This document shows positions 1 to 12,881 of a stretch of 64,000 nucleotides of DNA, piece by piece (position 1 is the first letter of the stretch; the number at the start of each line of letters is the position of its first letter). The stretch is from Octopus sinensis (lineage: Eukaryota). Under the pieces are notes generated by a model. It was given only the letters and a program-made list of their open reading frames with translations. It did no database searches and had not been told where the DNA came from. Location of the stretch: positions 20,708,001 through 20,772,000 of the forward strand of contig NC_043017.1 of NCBI RefSeq assembly GCF_006345805.1, written 5' to 3'. A program made the position numbers and the translations under genes.

Positions 1-615
1 CAAATTCTGCCAAGATCGACTTCGCCCCTTTTCCTCCTTTCAGGCTCGATAAAATAAGTACCAGTTGCGTACTGGTGTTGATGTAAATGACTCATCCCCT
101 CCCCCAAAACTACTGCCCTTGTGGCAAAATTTGAAACCGTTATTATCATTATTATTATTACTACTACTACTACTACTACTACTATAATTATCATTATTAT
201 TATGAAGGTGGCAGACAAGCAGAATAGTTAGAAACCAAGTGAAATGCTAAGTGGCATTTTGTCTGTCTAAATGTTCTGAGTTCAAATCCCAACAAATTCA
301 ACTCTGCCTATCATCTCTTTTGGGGTCAATAAATTAAGCACCAGTTGAGCACTGGTGGGGAGGGGGCTTTTAATTGACTTATCCCCTGACTTGGAATTGC
401 TGGTCTTGTGCCAAAATTTGAAACTATTATAATTATTGCTTTAATCATCCCAATTATTAACATTATTATTTTTATCATTAGCGTTATTATTGAGGTCGAC
501 TTTGCTTTTCATCCATTCGGGGGTCACTAAACTGAATACCATTGAAGCACTGGGGTCATTGCAATCGACTATCCCCACCGCCAAATTTCAGGTCTTGTGC
601 CTATAGTAGAAAGGA
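1..615 (+). mobile_element. Three decayed S1-related SINE pieces (1-135, 205-425, 490-615) separated by ATT/ACT runs
   Basis: Each has the GTCGACTT...CATCC...GGGGTC...AAGTACCAG core. Confidence 0.7.
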
Positions 616-636
616 TTATTATTATTATTATTATCA

Positions 637-1127
637 TTCAGTAGTTTTATTTTTATAGCGTGCTTTCACTTCACTACCGAGCGCAGCTCTGTGTGCCTTG
701 GGTATGTGCTGTGATTTGTTGTGATGCTCTGATGGTTATTGTATGGAAAGTGTTCTGCGTAGGATGTGTGCAGTGCCTAGTAGTGCAATTTTCTGTATGT
801 TATATGTGTTTGTAAGTCCTGGTGTTTTTGTTATGTATTTGTCTGAATATTTTTTTATCATGCCTAATGCACCTACTATGATAGGAATTGTTTCTGTTTT
901 CAGATTCCACATTCTAGTTACCTCTATTTCTAGGTCTTTGTATGTTGAGAGTTTCTCCATTTCTTTTAGAGACACGTTGTCATCTGCTGGTATTGATACA
1001 TCAATTAGAAAGCATTTTTTTTCTTCATGATCTCTGACAACTATATCTGGTCTGTTGGCCTTAATTTCTCTATCTGTGTGTATCGGCATATCCCAGAGTA
1101 TGGTTGCTTTCTCGTTTTCTGTGACCT

Positions 1128-1128
<1 letters not shown>
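637..1128 (-). mobile_element. Dong/R4 family A 3' fragment (REL domain + 3' UTR)
   Basis: Encodes KVTENEKATILWDMPIHTDREIKANRPDIV...RRTLSIQ, near-identical to the C-terminus of the 2 kb copy. (ATT)n flanks both sides on plus. Confidence 0.92.
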
Positions 1129-1161
<33 letters not shown>

Positions 1162-1983
1162 TATTATTATTATTATTATTATAGGGAGATTAAATGTTCA
1201 ACTATTAGAAATTCTAAAATGTTTGCCAGAAGAGAACAAAAATAAAAAATAGAACCTGATTTTTAAAATTATATTTTAGTTGATCTTTTTATTTTGTATT
1301 TATTTTCTTTTGGTTTTTATTCCTGCAATGTTGTTTTTTTGTTCTTGATTTTGTACCATTTTATTTACTAACGTTATTTATCTATTTTTACTTTTTTTTT
1401 TTTTACTTTGTTCTGTTTTCACCTTTATTTCGGTGAGATTACTTCCATTGTAAATCTCTCCGAAACCTAAGCAATACATAAACAAACAAATAAATATATA
1501 TATATATATATAAAAAAAAAAAAACACACACACACACATGCATGCAAACTAAAGGAGTAAATAAATAAAAAAATAAAACAAAAAATAAACCTGAAAAACA
1601 CCACCTAACTAACCACCACCAAGCAATTACCCAACCAACCAACCACCAACCAGGAACCAACCGAATATACCCTTCATTCGTCGTATAATAAAATGTTTTC
1701 AATTTGCTTCCTGTTTCCCATTTCTGCCAACTCAGCAAAATATTTATTCATTTATTACTCTTCCCTTATCCAACCACAATGCCCCCACCTTCAACACTCC
1801 ACCATCATTCAGCATTCATCTCTGTCGTACTTTATTTACATTCAGTGCAAGTACTTTGGTTGCTTAATCGGTAATAGCAGTAATAACAGCAGAACGTGTT
1901 TTGGAGAGATCAACACTGGGTGTTGTTGTTGCAGTTGCTGTTGTTAATGCAGCATTATAGTGCTTTGCATTGTATTATAATGA

Positions 1984-2353
1984 GGAGGCGCAATGGCCCA
2001 GTGGTTAGGGAAGCGGACTCGCGGTCGTAGGATCGCGGTTTCGATTCCCAGACCGGATGTTGTGAGTGTTTATTGAGCGAAAACACCTAAAGCTCCACGA
2101 GGCTCCGGCAGGGGATGGTGGTGATCCCTGCTGTACTCTTTCACCACAACTTTCTCTCACTATTACTTCCTGTTTCTGTTGTACCTGTATTTAAAAGGGC
2201 CGGCCTTGTCACTCTCAATATCCCCGAGAACTACGTTAAGGGTACACGTGTCTGTGGAGTGCTCAGCCACTTACATGTTAATTTCACGAGTAGGCTGTTC
2301 TGTTGATCGGATCAACCGGAACCCTCGTCGTTGTAACCGACGGAGTGCTTCCA
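1984..2353 (+). mobile_element. SINE family S4 (tRNA-derived head)
   Basis: Box A TGGCCCAGTGG and box B GTTTCGATTCC. The body is shared with 40772-41097 (+), 41190-41483 (-), 33715-34020 (-) and 50400-50708 (+). Confidence 0.8.
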
Positions 2354-2689
2354 TTCCATTATAATGTGTGTTGGTGTTGTGTTGTATTCCATCCTTGTCT
2401 GTGAGATATCTGGGAATCAAAATCTTGTTATTAACTCTGTAGCATGACACCTGTCCTTGTCCCTCTTTACATTTAATCTTCCAACTGGCACAAAACCATC
2501 CCCACCTCAGTACTTCTCCCCACTTATAGCCAAGCAGTTTTGTCTTGCAAGCTGGCTGGTGACCTTGTTGGTTTTGGGGCCCACATAAAAAGCTCTGGTG
2601 TTGGTGCCATGTGAAAAGCACTGGTGAAACTGCCCTTAAGAATCTATATACTTCAAGAAAGATCTTTATCAAATAAAGATCTTTATAGA

Positions 2690-2917
2690 TATTTCTTTAC
2701 TACCCACAAGGAGCTAAACACAGAGAGGACAAACAAGGACAGACAAACGGATTAAGTCGATTATATCGACCTCAGTGCATAACTGGTACTTATTTAATCG
2801 ACCCTGAAAGGATGAAAGGCAAAGTCGACCTAGGTAGAATTTGAACTGAGAACGTAACGGCAGACGAAATACGGCTACACATTTCACCCGGCGTGCTAAC
2901 GTTTCTCCCAGCTCGCC
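2690..2917 (-). mobile_element. SINE family S1
   Basis: Reverse complement of the S1 consensus, near full length. Confidence 0.85.
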
Positions 2918-4689
2918 GACTATCGTTATATCTTTAGTAGGTACATTCTACTGATGAAGCCTAAGAAGAGAGAAATGCACATCTAGAATTCTCACCATAG
3001 CTGCTGGACAACTTTTGGCTGCTGTTAAATATTTTTGTGTTGTTTTAATAGTGTGGCCATAAAAGATACTATCTCTGGACAAAAACCATAGTTGATTTAT
3101 CTTTTTGTGATGTATTTGTATTAGGAATATACAGATGACCTACAAATGTTTACCATGAACATCAACCACACATCAATCTCTTCAGCCTGAGACAGAACAG
3201 CCCCAACACCAATGCTACCAACATCAACATCAGCACCTAAGTGGCATCATTGTCTTCTGATTAACTTATAAAAAAGGAATTAATAGGCAACAGACAGACC
3301 AGAGAGTGGGGTGGGTGGGTGTGTAGAGGAATAACAAAAAAAAAAGGTACGATACAAAGATATAAATAGATAAAAAGAAAGAGAAAGACAGAAAAGGGTT
3401 TGCAGGGGGAAAGAGAAAGAGAGAAAATAAAAGGAAAGAAAGAAGGAGAAACTATTAAATGTTAATATATCATTTCATTTTGGCATCACGATTCCTGTCT
3501 TTGATTAATTCATAAAGAAATATTTCTATGTATTTATGGTGATCTGATTATGGAAAATACAAAAAAAATTAGGATATTAAACATTAAAAGTACCAATATA
3601 TACATACATACATACATACTCACACACATGCATACACACACACGCACACACACACATACAAACACACATACATACATACACACACACATACATACACACA
3701 CATACATACATACACATACATACATACACACATACACATACATACATACATAGATAGATGCATACATACATGTATATTCATAACACACAAAAATATATAT
3801 GACCCCCCACACACACACATACACACACACTCAGAAAAAGAGAGAGAGAGAGGAGAGAGAGGGAGGAGAGAGAGAGAGACAAACAGGCAGAGAGAGGTGA
3901 AGAGAGAATTAATGTAGTCAGTGAAACAGATTAGTTTTTTTCGAATATCATATAAAATTGTTGATGCTTTTGTTGTTGTTGTTGCACTCTAAACTCAGTT
4001 AATTCTTTAATTCCCATTCTACAGACTAATGGCACATAGTTTTGTTTATGCAAATGATACAAAGTGCAGCACAGAGCCCCATGATCAAATTAGATAATGT
4101 TGGTTTCTGCTTTGTTGAAAAAAAATCCCACAAATTAGGTGTGCTGCCACACCCAATGCCACCAAATTTCAAGCAGGGGTATAACAGAAGTTTTCCATTA
4201 AGATTTGTGATTAAATTAATGAGTAAGCTTGACAACCGATGTTGGTGTGTTTACGTCCCTGTAACTTAGCAGTTCGGCAAAAGAGACTGATAGAATAAGT
4301 ACTAGGCTTACAAAGAGTAAGTCCTGGGGTCGATTTGTTCGACTATAGGTGGTGCTCCAGCATGGCCACAGTCAAATGACTGAAACAAGTAAAAGATTAA
4401 AAAAAGCGTAAGGTTAATATTTATAACGAATTTGCCATTTTCAATGGGTGTGCAGTGCACACCTAGCACACCTGGAATATATGCACCTGGCATCTTGAGG
4501 CAAAGCAATGAAAATAAAACAGCCCCACCTTCCTCCCATCATTCACACACATGCTCACACAGAAACACACCCACATGCACAATGCATGTGCACACACACA
4601 CACAGTGGGCTTCTTGCAATGTCTGTTTATTCACAGGCAAGACATTTGGTGGCTTGGACTACTGTAGAAGACACTTGCTCATCATACAT

Positions 4690-4887
4690 CTTAGATCCTC
4701 CTGTGCCATGTGGCACATTCGGTGGTAAGGCTTCTCCAATGTGGTTGGTTGGCCATGGCAATTTCAGCTTCATCTCATGAAATGTCAATGGTTTGAGGTC
4801 ACTGATGAAGGTGTGGCACTGAGTCGCTTTTGGTTGCCCTTGTTTTCTCTTGCCATGCAGTGGCTTCCACAGAATGGTGATTATCAC
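4690..4887 (-). pseudogene. RTE-clade LINE C-terminal fossil
   Basis: ILWKPLHGKRKQGQP resembles the terminal RTE 'W.P.HGKR..GRP' motif. Confidence 0.55.
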
Positions 4888-4900
4888 ATGCCGCGATCGT

Positions 4901-5068
4901 CAAATTCTGAGTTCAAATTCCGCCGAGGTCGACTTTGCCTTTCATCCTTTCGGGGTCGATAAATAAAGTACCAGTTTCGCACTGGGTTGATGTAATCGGC
5001 TTAATACCTATGTCTGTCCTTGTTTGTCCCCTCTGTGTTTAGCCCCTTGTGGATAATAAAGAAATAGG
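4901..5068 (+). mobile_element. SINE family S1, 5'-truncated
   Basis: S1 core plus tail. Confidence 0.8.
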
Positions 5069-5074
5069 TAATTG

Positions 5075-5410
5075 GAGAACATGGCCTGCAAATTGCATTT
5101 GGTGACCAGTAACAACACCTTAGAGTGTACAGATATCAGTCCAGTGATGTATCTGGTCACCTATTTGGGCAGCATTGTGGCCAATGATGGAGACACCGAA
5201 TGCAACGTTGCCTGCCGGATTGGAAAGGGCTTGGTTGTCTTTCAAAGATTCGCAGCCATCTTGGCAGGTGGGGTGGTCCCCTCCAAGGGCAAAGTGCACC
5301 TCTTCAACAGCATCATCATACCATTGGCAATATATGTGGCAGAAATGTGGAATACATCAGCAAAGATTCTCAATGTATTTGAGCTACGACACCTCCGGTG
5401 GATACCAGGA
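5075..5410 (+). pseudogene. RTE-clade LINE fossil (post-RT region)
   Basis: TYLGSIVANDGDTECNVACRIGK...KVHLFNSIIIP..IY.AEMW...L.VFE.R.LR resembles the RTE post-RT consensus. Confidence 0.7.
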
Positions 5411-6134
5411 CCGCTCATCATACATACACACTTGTAAATAGTCAAGATTATGAGAGGGACCCTAAGTGGTTCCTTCGTAAGCTAAGAATAGCAGCCAAAC
5501 CCTCTTAAATGCAATCAACCATCTTAAAAAAGATGAAGGTACATTAGATAACTTTAAAAAAGTCCTTGACACACATAAATACATGCATATACATACATTA
5601 ATATATACATATATATGTGTGTGTGTGTATATATTTATATATATATAATATATATATATAGATTATGTATGTATAAATGCATATATGTGAATATACATAT
5701 AGATATATATACACACACACACATATACATGTGTATATATGTCTTTGTCTGTGTGTGTTTGTGTAGGCATATGTGCATATATGTGTGTGTGTGTATTTAT
5801 TACTCCCAAAAGTAATTAGACGAGATATTTAGTAAATGTCAACCAAAAATTAATTTACAGTGTGTAGAAAGATGTAAAAAAAAAGAATTAAAACAAACAA
5901 TAAAAAACCCATAAAATACAAAAATGTTTGTTTTAAAGAAAGAAAACAGAAAAAAAAGGCGGGTAAATGCTTAAAAGATATGTCATATAATTAGTGTTTG
6001 ATTTATCATATCATGCTGAAACAAGGGTCTGTGTGGTCACTTGGCCAGCTAGAAATAGCAGCAAATCTCACTCAAATTACACCTCACTGTCTTAAATATA
6101 CTTTATATGTATTTACACATGCATATTCTAATAC

Positions 6135-6168
<34 letters not shown>

Positions 6169-6263
6169 GTTTAAATATTTGTTGTGCAAGATTTTTTATG
6201 TGAAGTCGTGTGTTGAAACAGATATGACCATTCCGAAATATAACAATATATATATATATATAT

Positions 6264-6629
6264 ATTATATAAAAGGGCTTAGTAAAATAAATTACTTTGC
6301 CGCATACTGAACTCATTAGAAATAGCAGCTAAAAAACTTTTCTAAAACTATTTCCAATACTTTTCAAATCCAAACCAGGGAGTTCTGAGCTGATGATAGA
6401 AATGTCGGTTTTGACTAATCTTGAAACGTACGTTCTCAAATAACCTTTGCATTTGATTTTTTTAATGTCTCTTCCCCCATACTTTCGTGAGTTGAATTGA
6501 GCAAACACTATATGAGAGAGATTTTCTTTAAGTATTGGAAATAGTTTTAGAAAAGTTTTTTTAGCTGCTATTTCTAATGAGTTCAGTATGCGGCAAAGTA
6601 ATTTATTTTACTAAGCCCTTTTATATAAT
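6264..6629 (+). mobile_element. Fold-back element (~100 bp inverted arms), probable Penelope-like pLTR relic
   Basis: 6264-6363 is the near-perfect reverse complement of 6530-6629. The spacer holds a hammerhead-like motif and (TA)n lies upstream. Confidence 0.7.
6386..6438 (+). ncRNA. Minimal type I hammerhead ribozyme-like motif
   Basis: TGAG-CTGATGA-[stem II with AGA/TCT and GTC/GAC]-GAAA-C-GTAC-G-T-T-CTCA. Stem I is TGAG/CTCA, loop III is the palindrome GTAC, and the 10.1-11.1 pair is U.U. Confidence 0.5.
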
Positions 6630-7829
6630 GTAATAATTTGAATTCGCCTTAAATGGTCCCTTTGCATACTGAATACTTGGTGAAATTGATTAATTAATTA
6701 ATTTTACCCTCAATTGTTAAAATTATATATATATATATATATTAGGAGGTTTGGAGATGATGTACAGGTATTTTATATTAGAAGAAATGAGGTACTCATA
6801 AATTCGGATGGTTTTATATTAACAGATATTTATTTGTATATTACATGCTTTTATACATCATATATCATATATTAGCACTTTTGTCCACTCTAGTGCAGTT
6901 GTCAAATTGAAGTAAGTTCTTGGAGAAAATTTGGCTATTTTGATAGTGTTATTGAGTGTGTAGTGGTGGGGAGAGATATAAGATAGTACATGAGGGTGAT
7001 GAATGGGGAGAAAGTGAGAGAAAGCATGTGTGTGTGTGTGTGTGTTTTTTTGTATCTGAAAGATGTGTTAAAGAAAAAGATGGAAAGGAAGAAAAGGGAG
7101 AGAAAGAAGAAAATTTTTGTTGTTGATCTCCTTGTAGCTGGTCAGGCTGTTTACTCCAAGGGGGCCAAAATGTCTCTTTTCAAAAAATTGTCTAGATTTC
7201 TTTTTTTATCATTGTCTTGTGAGAAAGTGTATGTGTGTGTGTATGTGCAGGTGTGTGTGTGTGTGTGTGCGTGCGCGTGTGTGTGTGTATGTTTGTATCT
7301 GAAAGAGGTATTAAAGAAAAAGGAAAGGAGGAAGAAATAGAGAAATTTTGTTGATATCTTTGCAGTTGGTAGGTTTGTCGATAATAATTCTTGGCTTATA
7401 GTGATTGTAAATCCAGCTGTTTACTATAGATATATATATGTATAAAGACACACACACATGTACACTGAATAAGTATCAGGCTTTTAAAGAAATCAGTACT
7501 GGAGCCAATTCATTCAATTAAAACTTCTTCAAGGTAGTGCCCCAGCATGGCCATAGTCTGATGACTGTAACAAGTAAAAGAGTAAAAGAATATATATGTA
7601 GCAGGTATACATTATCTGTGCTGGTGCCATGTATAAAGCACCCATGCTGATGCCACTTAAAAAACATCCAGTACACACTGTGTAGGATGGCTGGTGTTAG
7701 GAAGAGCATGCAACAGTAGAAACCATGCTAAAACAGGCAATTGGAGGGTGGTGCAGCTCTCCAGGCTTGCCAGCTCCTGTCAAACCGTCTGACCCATGCC
7801 AGCATGGAAAACGAACATTAAATGATGAT

Positions 7830-7926
7830 AGAGATAGATAGATAGAGAGAGAAAGATCAATAGATAGATAGATAAATAGATAGATAGATAGATAGATAGA
7901 CAGATAGATAGATAGCCAGATAGATG

Positions 7927-7976
<50 letters not shown>

Positions 7977-8002
7977 CAGATAGATAGATAGCCAGATAGA
8001 TG

Positions 8003-8056
<54 letters not shown>

Positions 8057-8057
8057 C

Positions 8058-8111
<54 letters not shown>
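7830..8111. repeat. (GATA)n microsatellite
   Basis: Direct reading. Confidence 0.95.
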
Positions 8112-8118
8112 TTAAATT

Positions 8119-8349
8119 GGCGGCGAGCTGGCAGAAATGTTAGCACACCAAATGAAATGCTTAGCAGTATTTCATCTGCCGTTACATTCTGAGTTCAAAT
8201 CCCGCCGAGGTTGACTTTGACTTTCATCCTTTCAGGGTTGATTAAATAAGTATCAGTTATGCACTGGGGTCAATATAATCGACTTAATCTGTTTGTCTGT
8301 CCTGGTTTGTCCCCTCTGTATGTGGCCCCTTCTGGGCAGTAAAGAAATA
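8119..8349 (+). mobile_element. SINE family S1
   Basis: Full S1 unit between a GATA array and the Tx1 3' end. Confidence 0.85.
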
Positions 8350-8366
8350 AGATAGATAGAAAGATA

Positions 8367-8437
8367 TGTTTCTTTATTAGCCACACAGGGCTGCACACAG
8401 ATAGAACAAATTACAAGGTAGAGCTTTTCTTTTGAAG

Positions 8438-8471
<34 letters not shown>

Positions 8472-9440
8472 AGGGGGAGTTTCGATCAAAAGGGATCGTA
8501 AAAGGAGAGAAAGAGGACAAAAGAAGGGGGTGTTAAAAAAAAAAAAAAAAAAAGGGGGAGAGGAAAAAAAAATTGATCAATAGGATCGTTATCACAGAAA
8601 TGTCAATATGAAGTGTAAAGGGGAGGACAGGTGAGGTTTACCCGTGGAAAGAAAAGCCTACGGAAAAGACCACGGTAACCTCGGTCAATGAAGTCACATT
8701 TTATATTTCTTTTTTTTTTTTTTTTTTTTTGCAAATAAGCAACTCTCTGTTTTCGATTTCTGGGTTCATAGGACTATGCTCAAGGTGGCTTCGTCATTCA
8801 TACGTGCCATTCTTGCTACATTCACCCATCTTTTTTTAAAACATTCGCTAGACAAAACTTGCCTCTCTACTCTCACTTTCCTTTTCAAGTGGTACTTGAA
8901 GAAGTTGATGAGAGATTGACCAGAGAGGAAAGTGTTTGTCTCCAATCCTTTCAGACGCGTCCACCAGATACATTCTTTCGCCATAGCCACAAGGATGATG
9001 AAAATAGCTCTTCCTTCCCGTTTGAAGGAAGGAGGCGTGACAATATTGACGATAGACTCAGCTGATAACCGACTCGTCCAACACGTGACAGCAGTTGTTC
9101 GACATAAGCCCACAGGTCGGAAATTGTTGGACACTGAACGAGTGCGTGCAGAACGGTTTCGTCGTTCTGACCGCATCTCGGGCAGGTCGGCCCCGTGTTT
9201 CTCGAGCCGTGTCTGTAGAGCTTATCCCGAACGGGTAGCGCTCTCGGTAGCACTGCCAGGCCAGGGATCTCTGGAAGTTGTCCATGGGCCCTGGCCCGAA
9301 AGTCGTCCCGAACAGGCGGGTCTGGTACTCCTCGTCGACGTCCAGGTTCGCCCCGAGCTCGTCGTCGTACCTCCCCTCCACTAAACCCCTATAGAATGCT
9401 TTGGTTGTGTTGAAGTCACTTAAGGTCGACCCAGGACGGC

Positions 9441-9443
<3 letters not shown>
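8367..9443 (-). mobile_element. Second, shorter 3' copy of the same Tx1-like element
   Basis: Near-identical to 9806-10880 and has the same 3' junction (agatATGTTTCTTTATTAGCC on plus). The 5' end breaks at GGACGGCAGA, running into (GATA)n. Confidence 0.92.
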
Positions 9444-9506
<63 letters not shown>

Positions 9507-9566
9507 GTAGATAGATAGATTAATAGATAGATAGATAGAGATAGATAGATAGATAGAGATAGATAA

Positions 9567-9631
<65 letters not shown>

Positions 9632-9656
9632 CAGACAGATTGACAGACAGACAGAC

Positions 9657-9687
<31 letters not shown>

Positions 9688-9688
9688 C

Positions 9689-9734
<46 letters not shown>

Positions 9735-9805
9735 GTAGATAGATAGATTAATAGATAGATAGATAGAGATAGATAGATAGATAGAGATAGATAAATAGAT
9801 AGATA
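9441..9805. repeat. (GATA)n microsatellite between the two Tx1 copies
   Basis: Direct reading. Confidence 0.95.
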
Positions 9806-12800
9806 TGTTTCTTTATTAGCCACACAGGGCTGCACACAGATAGAACAAATTACAAGGTAGAGCTTTTCTTTTGAAGGTATTAAAAAAAAAAAAAAAAAAA
9901 AGGGAAGGGGGAGGTTCGATCAAAAGGGATCGTAAAAGGAGAGAAAGAGGACAAAAATAAGGGGGGTAAAAAAAAAAAAAAAAAAAAAAGGGGGGGAGAG
10001 GAAAAAAAATGATCAATAGGGATCGTTATCACAGAAATGTCAATATGAAGTGTAAAGGGGAGGACAGGTGAGGTTTACCCGTGGAAAGAAAAGCCTGCGG
10101 AAAAGACCACGGTAACCTCGGTCAATGAAGTCACATTTTATATTTCTTTTTTTTTTTTTTTTTTTTTTGCAAATAAGCAACTCTCTGTTTTCGATTTCTG
10201 GGTTCATAGGACTATGCTCAGGTGGCTTCGTCATTCATACGTGCCATTCTTGCTACATTCACCCATCTTTTTTTAAAACATTCGCTAGACAAAACTTGCC
10301 TCTCTACTCTCACTTTCCTTTTCAAGTGGTACTTGAAGAAGTTGATGAGAGATTGACCAGAGAGGAAAGTGTTTGTCTCCAATCCTTTCAGACGCGTCCA
10401 CCAGATACATTCTTTCGCCATAGCCACAAGGATGATGAAAATAGCTCTTCCTTCCCGTTTGAAGGAAGGAGGCGTGACAATATTGACGATAGACTCAGCT
10501 GATAAACCGACTCGTCCCACACGTGACAGCAGTTGTTCGACATAAGCCCACAGGTCGGAAATTGTTGGACACTGAACGAGTGCGTGCAGAACGGTTTCGT
10601 CGCTCTGACCGCATCTCGGGCAGGTCGGCCCCGTGTTTCTCGAGCCGTGTCTGTAGAGCTTATCCCGAACGGGTAGCGCTTCTCGGTAGCACTGCCAGGC
10701 CAGGGATCTCTGGAAGTTGTCCATGGGCCCTGGCCCGAAAGTCGTCCCGAACAGGCGGGTCAGGTACTCCTCGTCGGCGTCCAGGTTCGCCCCGAGCTCG
10801 TCGTCGTACCTCCCCTCCACTAAACCCCTATAGAATGCTTTGGTTGTGTTGAAGTCACTTAAGGTCGACCCAGGACGGCAGAGTTGCTTGAGAGCAACGC
10901 GACACTCGCGGTGCCATTCGCCCTTCCTCGGCCTCTTTTTGATCCACGACTGCAGTTCGGTCATGGAGACGAGCTGCGGGAAAGCGTGCCTCACAAACGG
11001 CGACCACACCTGTTCACCGTCGTCTACATAGAGCCAGAGATGTCGCAGTCTCAGCGCGTGTCTGCGCATCATCAACCACGGCATGCCCAGCCCTCCTTTT
11101 AACGGGTGTTGACAGCAAATGGATCGCCTGACCATCGGACGCATCCTTTCCACAAGAGCGAAAGAGGATGCGTTGTAGTTTGGTGATGGTAGGGTCGGGA
11201 CAAGGTACGACGGTCAGGCGGTAGTAGATGACGGACGCGATGTACGTGTTCGCCACCTCCGCTCGACCTTTTAGGGACAGTTTCCTCTCGGCCCATTGCC
11301 GGGCGAGAGTGACCACCCTACTCGTTATCTCGTTCCAGTTCTTCTCCACTTGGAGGTCCGGACCAAACCAGACCCCGAGCAACTCAACCGGGCCGTCGGT
11401 CCAGCGTCCCACGACGGAGGCGCTGGTGGACGGCATGGGCTTGCTTCTCCAGGTGCCTAGTCGCAAGCCCACTGACTTTTCCGGTTGATTTTCGCTCCTG
11501 TCACCGCTTCGTAGTTTTTCAGTGTCTCGCCGACCAGCTCGATGTGCTCGTGGCTAGACACTATGACGGTGACGTCGTCCGCGTATGCAGACACGCTCGT
11601 CCCGCATCCCAATTCTCGCGGGATGCCCCTTAGAGTCGCCAGCTTCCGCAGTAGTGGCTCAAGAGTCAATACGTATAGAAGCGCCGAGAGGGGGCATCCC
11701 TGACGGACCGAACGTGCAATGTCGAAAGGTCTCGATAGATGTCCATTTACGCGAATTACCGAACGGATGCCTCTGTACAAGGCAGCTATCCAGCCGCGGA
11801 AGACGGGACCGAAACCAGCCGCTCTCAGGACTGCCTCCAAGTATCGATGGTCTACCCTATCAAAGGCTTTTGATTGATCCAAGTTGATCAGGGCCCCACC
11901 CATGCCAGGTTCGTTAACTACCCTGTCTATGATGTAGCGCATCAGATGGAGGTTGTCATGGATGGTCCGGCTGGCACGGCGCATGTTTGCGCCTTGTCGA
12001 CCAGTTTCTCGATGACAAGCGCCAACCTCTTGGCTAGCACCTTGGCCAAAATTTTCAAGTCTGCATTAAGCAGACTGATGGGCCTAAAGTTATCTATTAC
12101 ATTTCCCTTGTTTAGATCTTTCTTCAGCAGTGTTACGGCTCCTCGGCTCACAAAACCAGGAATGCTCCCGTTTTGCTGCCAGTTGCAGTACACCGCCGCC
12201 AAGAGATCTCCAAACAAGTCTGGCATACAATTGTAAAGCTCGTAGGGTAGACCATCCAAACCCGGTGATTTGTCCCTCGAGCATTCTGCCATCGCTTCCC
12301 GCACTTCCGCCGCCGTGATGGCACCTTCGCAGCACCCTGCCTTTCTTGTCGAGAGTCGTGGTAGGCTATGTAGGTAGGCACTGAAGTCTACCCTACGTTC
12401 TTGCCCTCCACTCGTTCCGAACAGTCGGGCAAAATGCTGCTGAAAGGCCTCACACATTTTACTTGGCTCGAGCAATTCGCGCCCCTGTTCATCTACCAGT
12501 GACCGAATGGTGGCTTTGTTGCCCTGTTGCGCCTCTGCCACCCGGGCCTCTCTCGCGGCTCCAACACCTTCGTTCCTTAGAGCACGCATCCTAGCTCTGA
12601 CAGCACATCCTTCGTGTTTGGCGTTGAAGTGTTGGTCGAGGGCCAACCTCGCCGCCAAAACGTCGGATGCGATGCCGCTTCTAATTGCCTCTTCTAGCTT
12701 CTTAACTAGCTCACCCTCTACTCTATTTCTATCTATGGCTAGTGCTTTGCTGTACCTAATCGCTTCTGCTTTTACTGCTCTCTTGAGGGCAAACCACCAT

Positions 12801-12881
12801 TTGTTGTTGATGATGGCTCCCGTCAAAGCCCTCTTTACTAGTGTGCTAATCCGGTCTCTGAAAACTTGTCTCGATGGGAAA
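9806..12881 (-). mobile_element. L1/Tx1-clade non-LTR retrotransposon, 5'-truncated (post-endonuclease linker, RT, C-terminal zinc finger, 3' UTR), inserted in (GATA)n
   Basis: Minus-strand ORF pieces 11942-12881, 11457-11984, 11014-11472 and 10218-11153 carry KSPGLDGLPYELY, NFRPISLLNADLKILAK, LINLDQSKAFDRVDH, SVRQGCPLSALLY, SAYADDVTV and CPRCGQSDETVLHALVQC. The 3' UTR has poly-A/T tracts and ends AATAAAGAAACAT|ATCTATCT. Confidence 0.92.
10218..12881 (-). pseudogene. Tx1-like ORF2 (RT + zf-RVT), frameshifted, endonuclease domain missing
   Basis: Four overlapping ORF-track segments join into one ORF2 if single bases are restored near 11970, 11490 and 11140-11160. Confidence 0.85.

Noticed and set aside
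1984-2060. tRNA-like sequence with A and B boxes
   Set aside because: It is the head of a multi-copy SINE and has no complete acceptor stem.
4026-4110. FVYANDTK, resembling an RT 'FADDTK' motif
   Set aside because: Too short and degenerate to assign.
6780-7420. Possible Penelope RT remnants on the minus strand
   Set aside because: Only short stop-interrupted peptides, with no recognisable motif I can defend.
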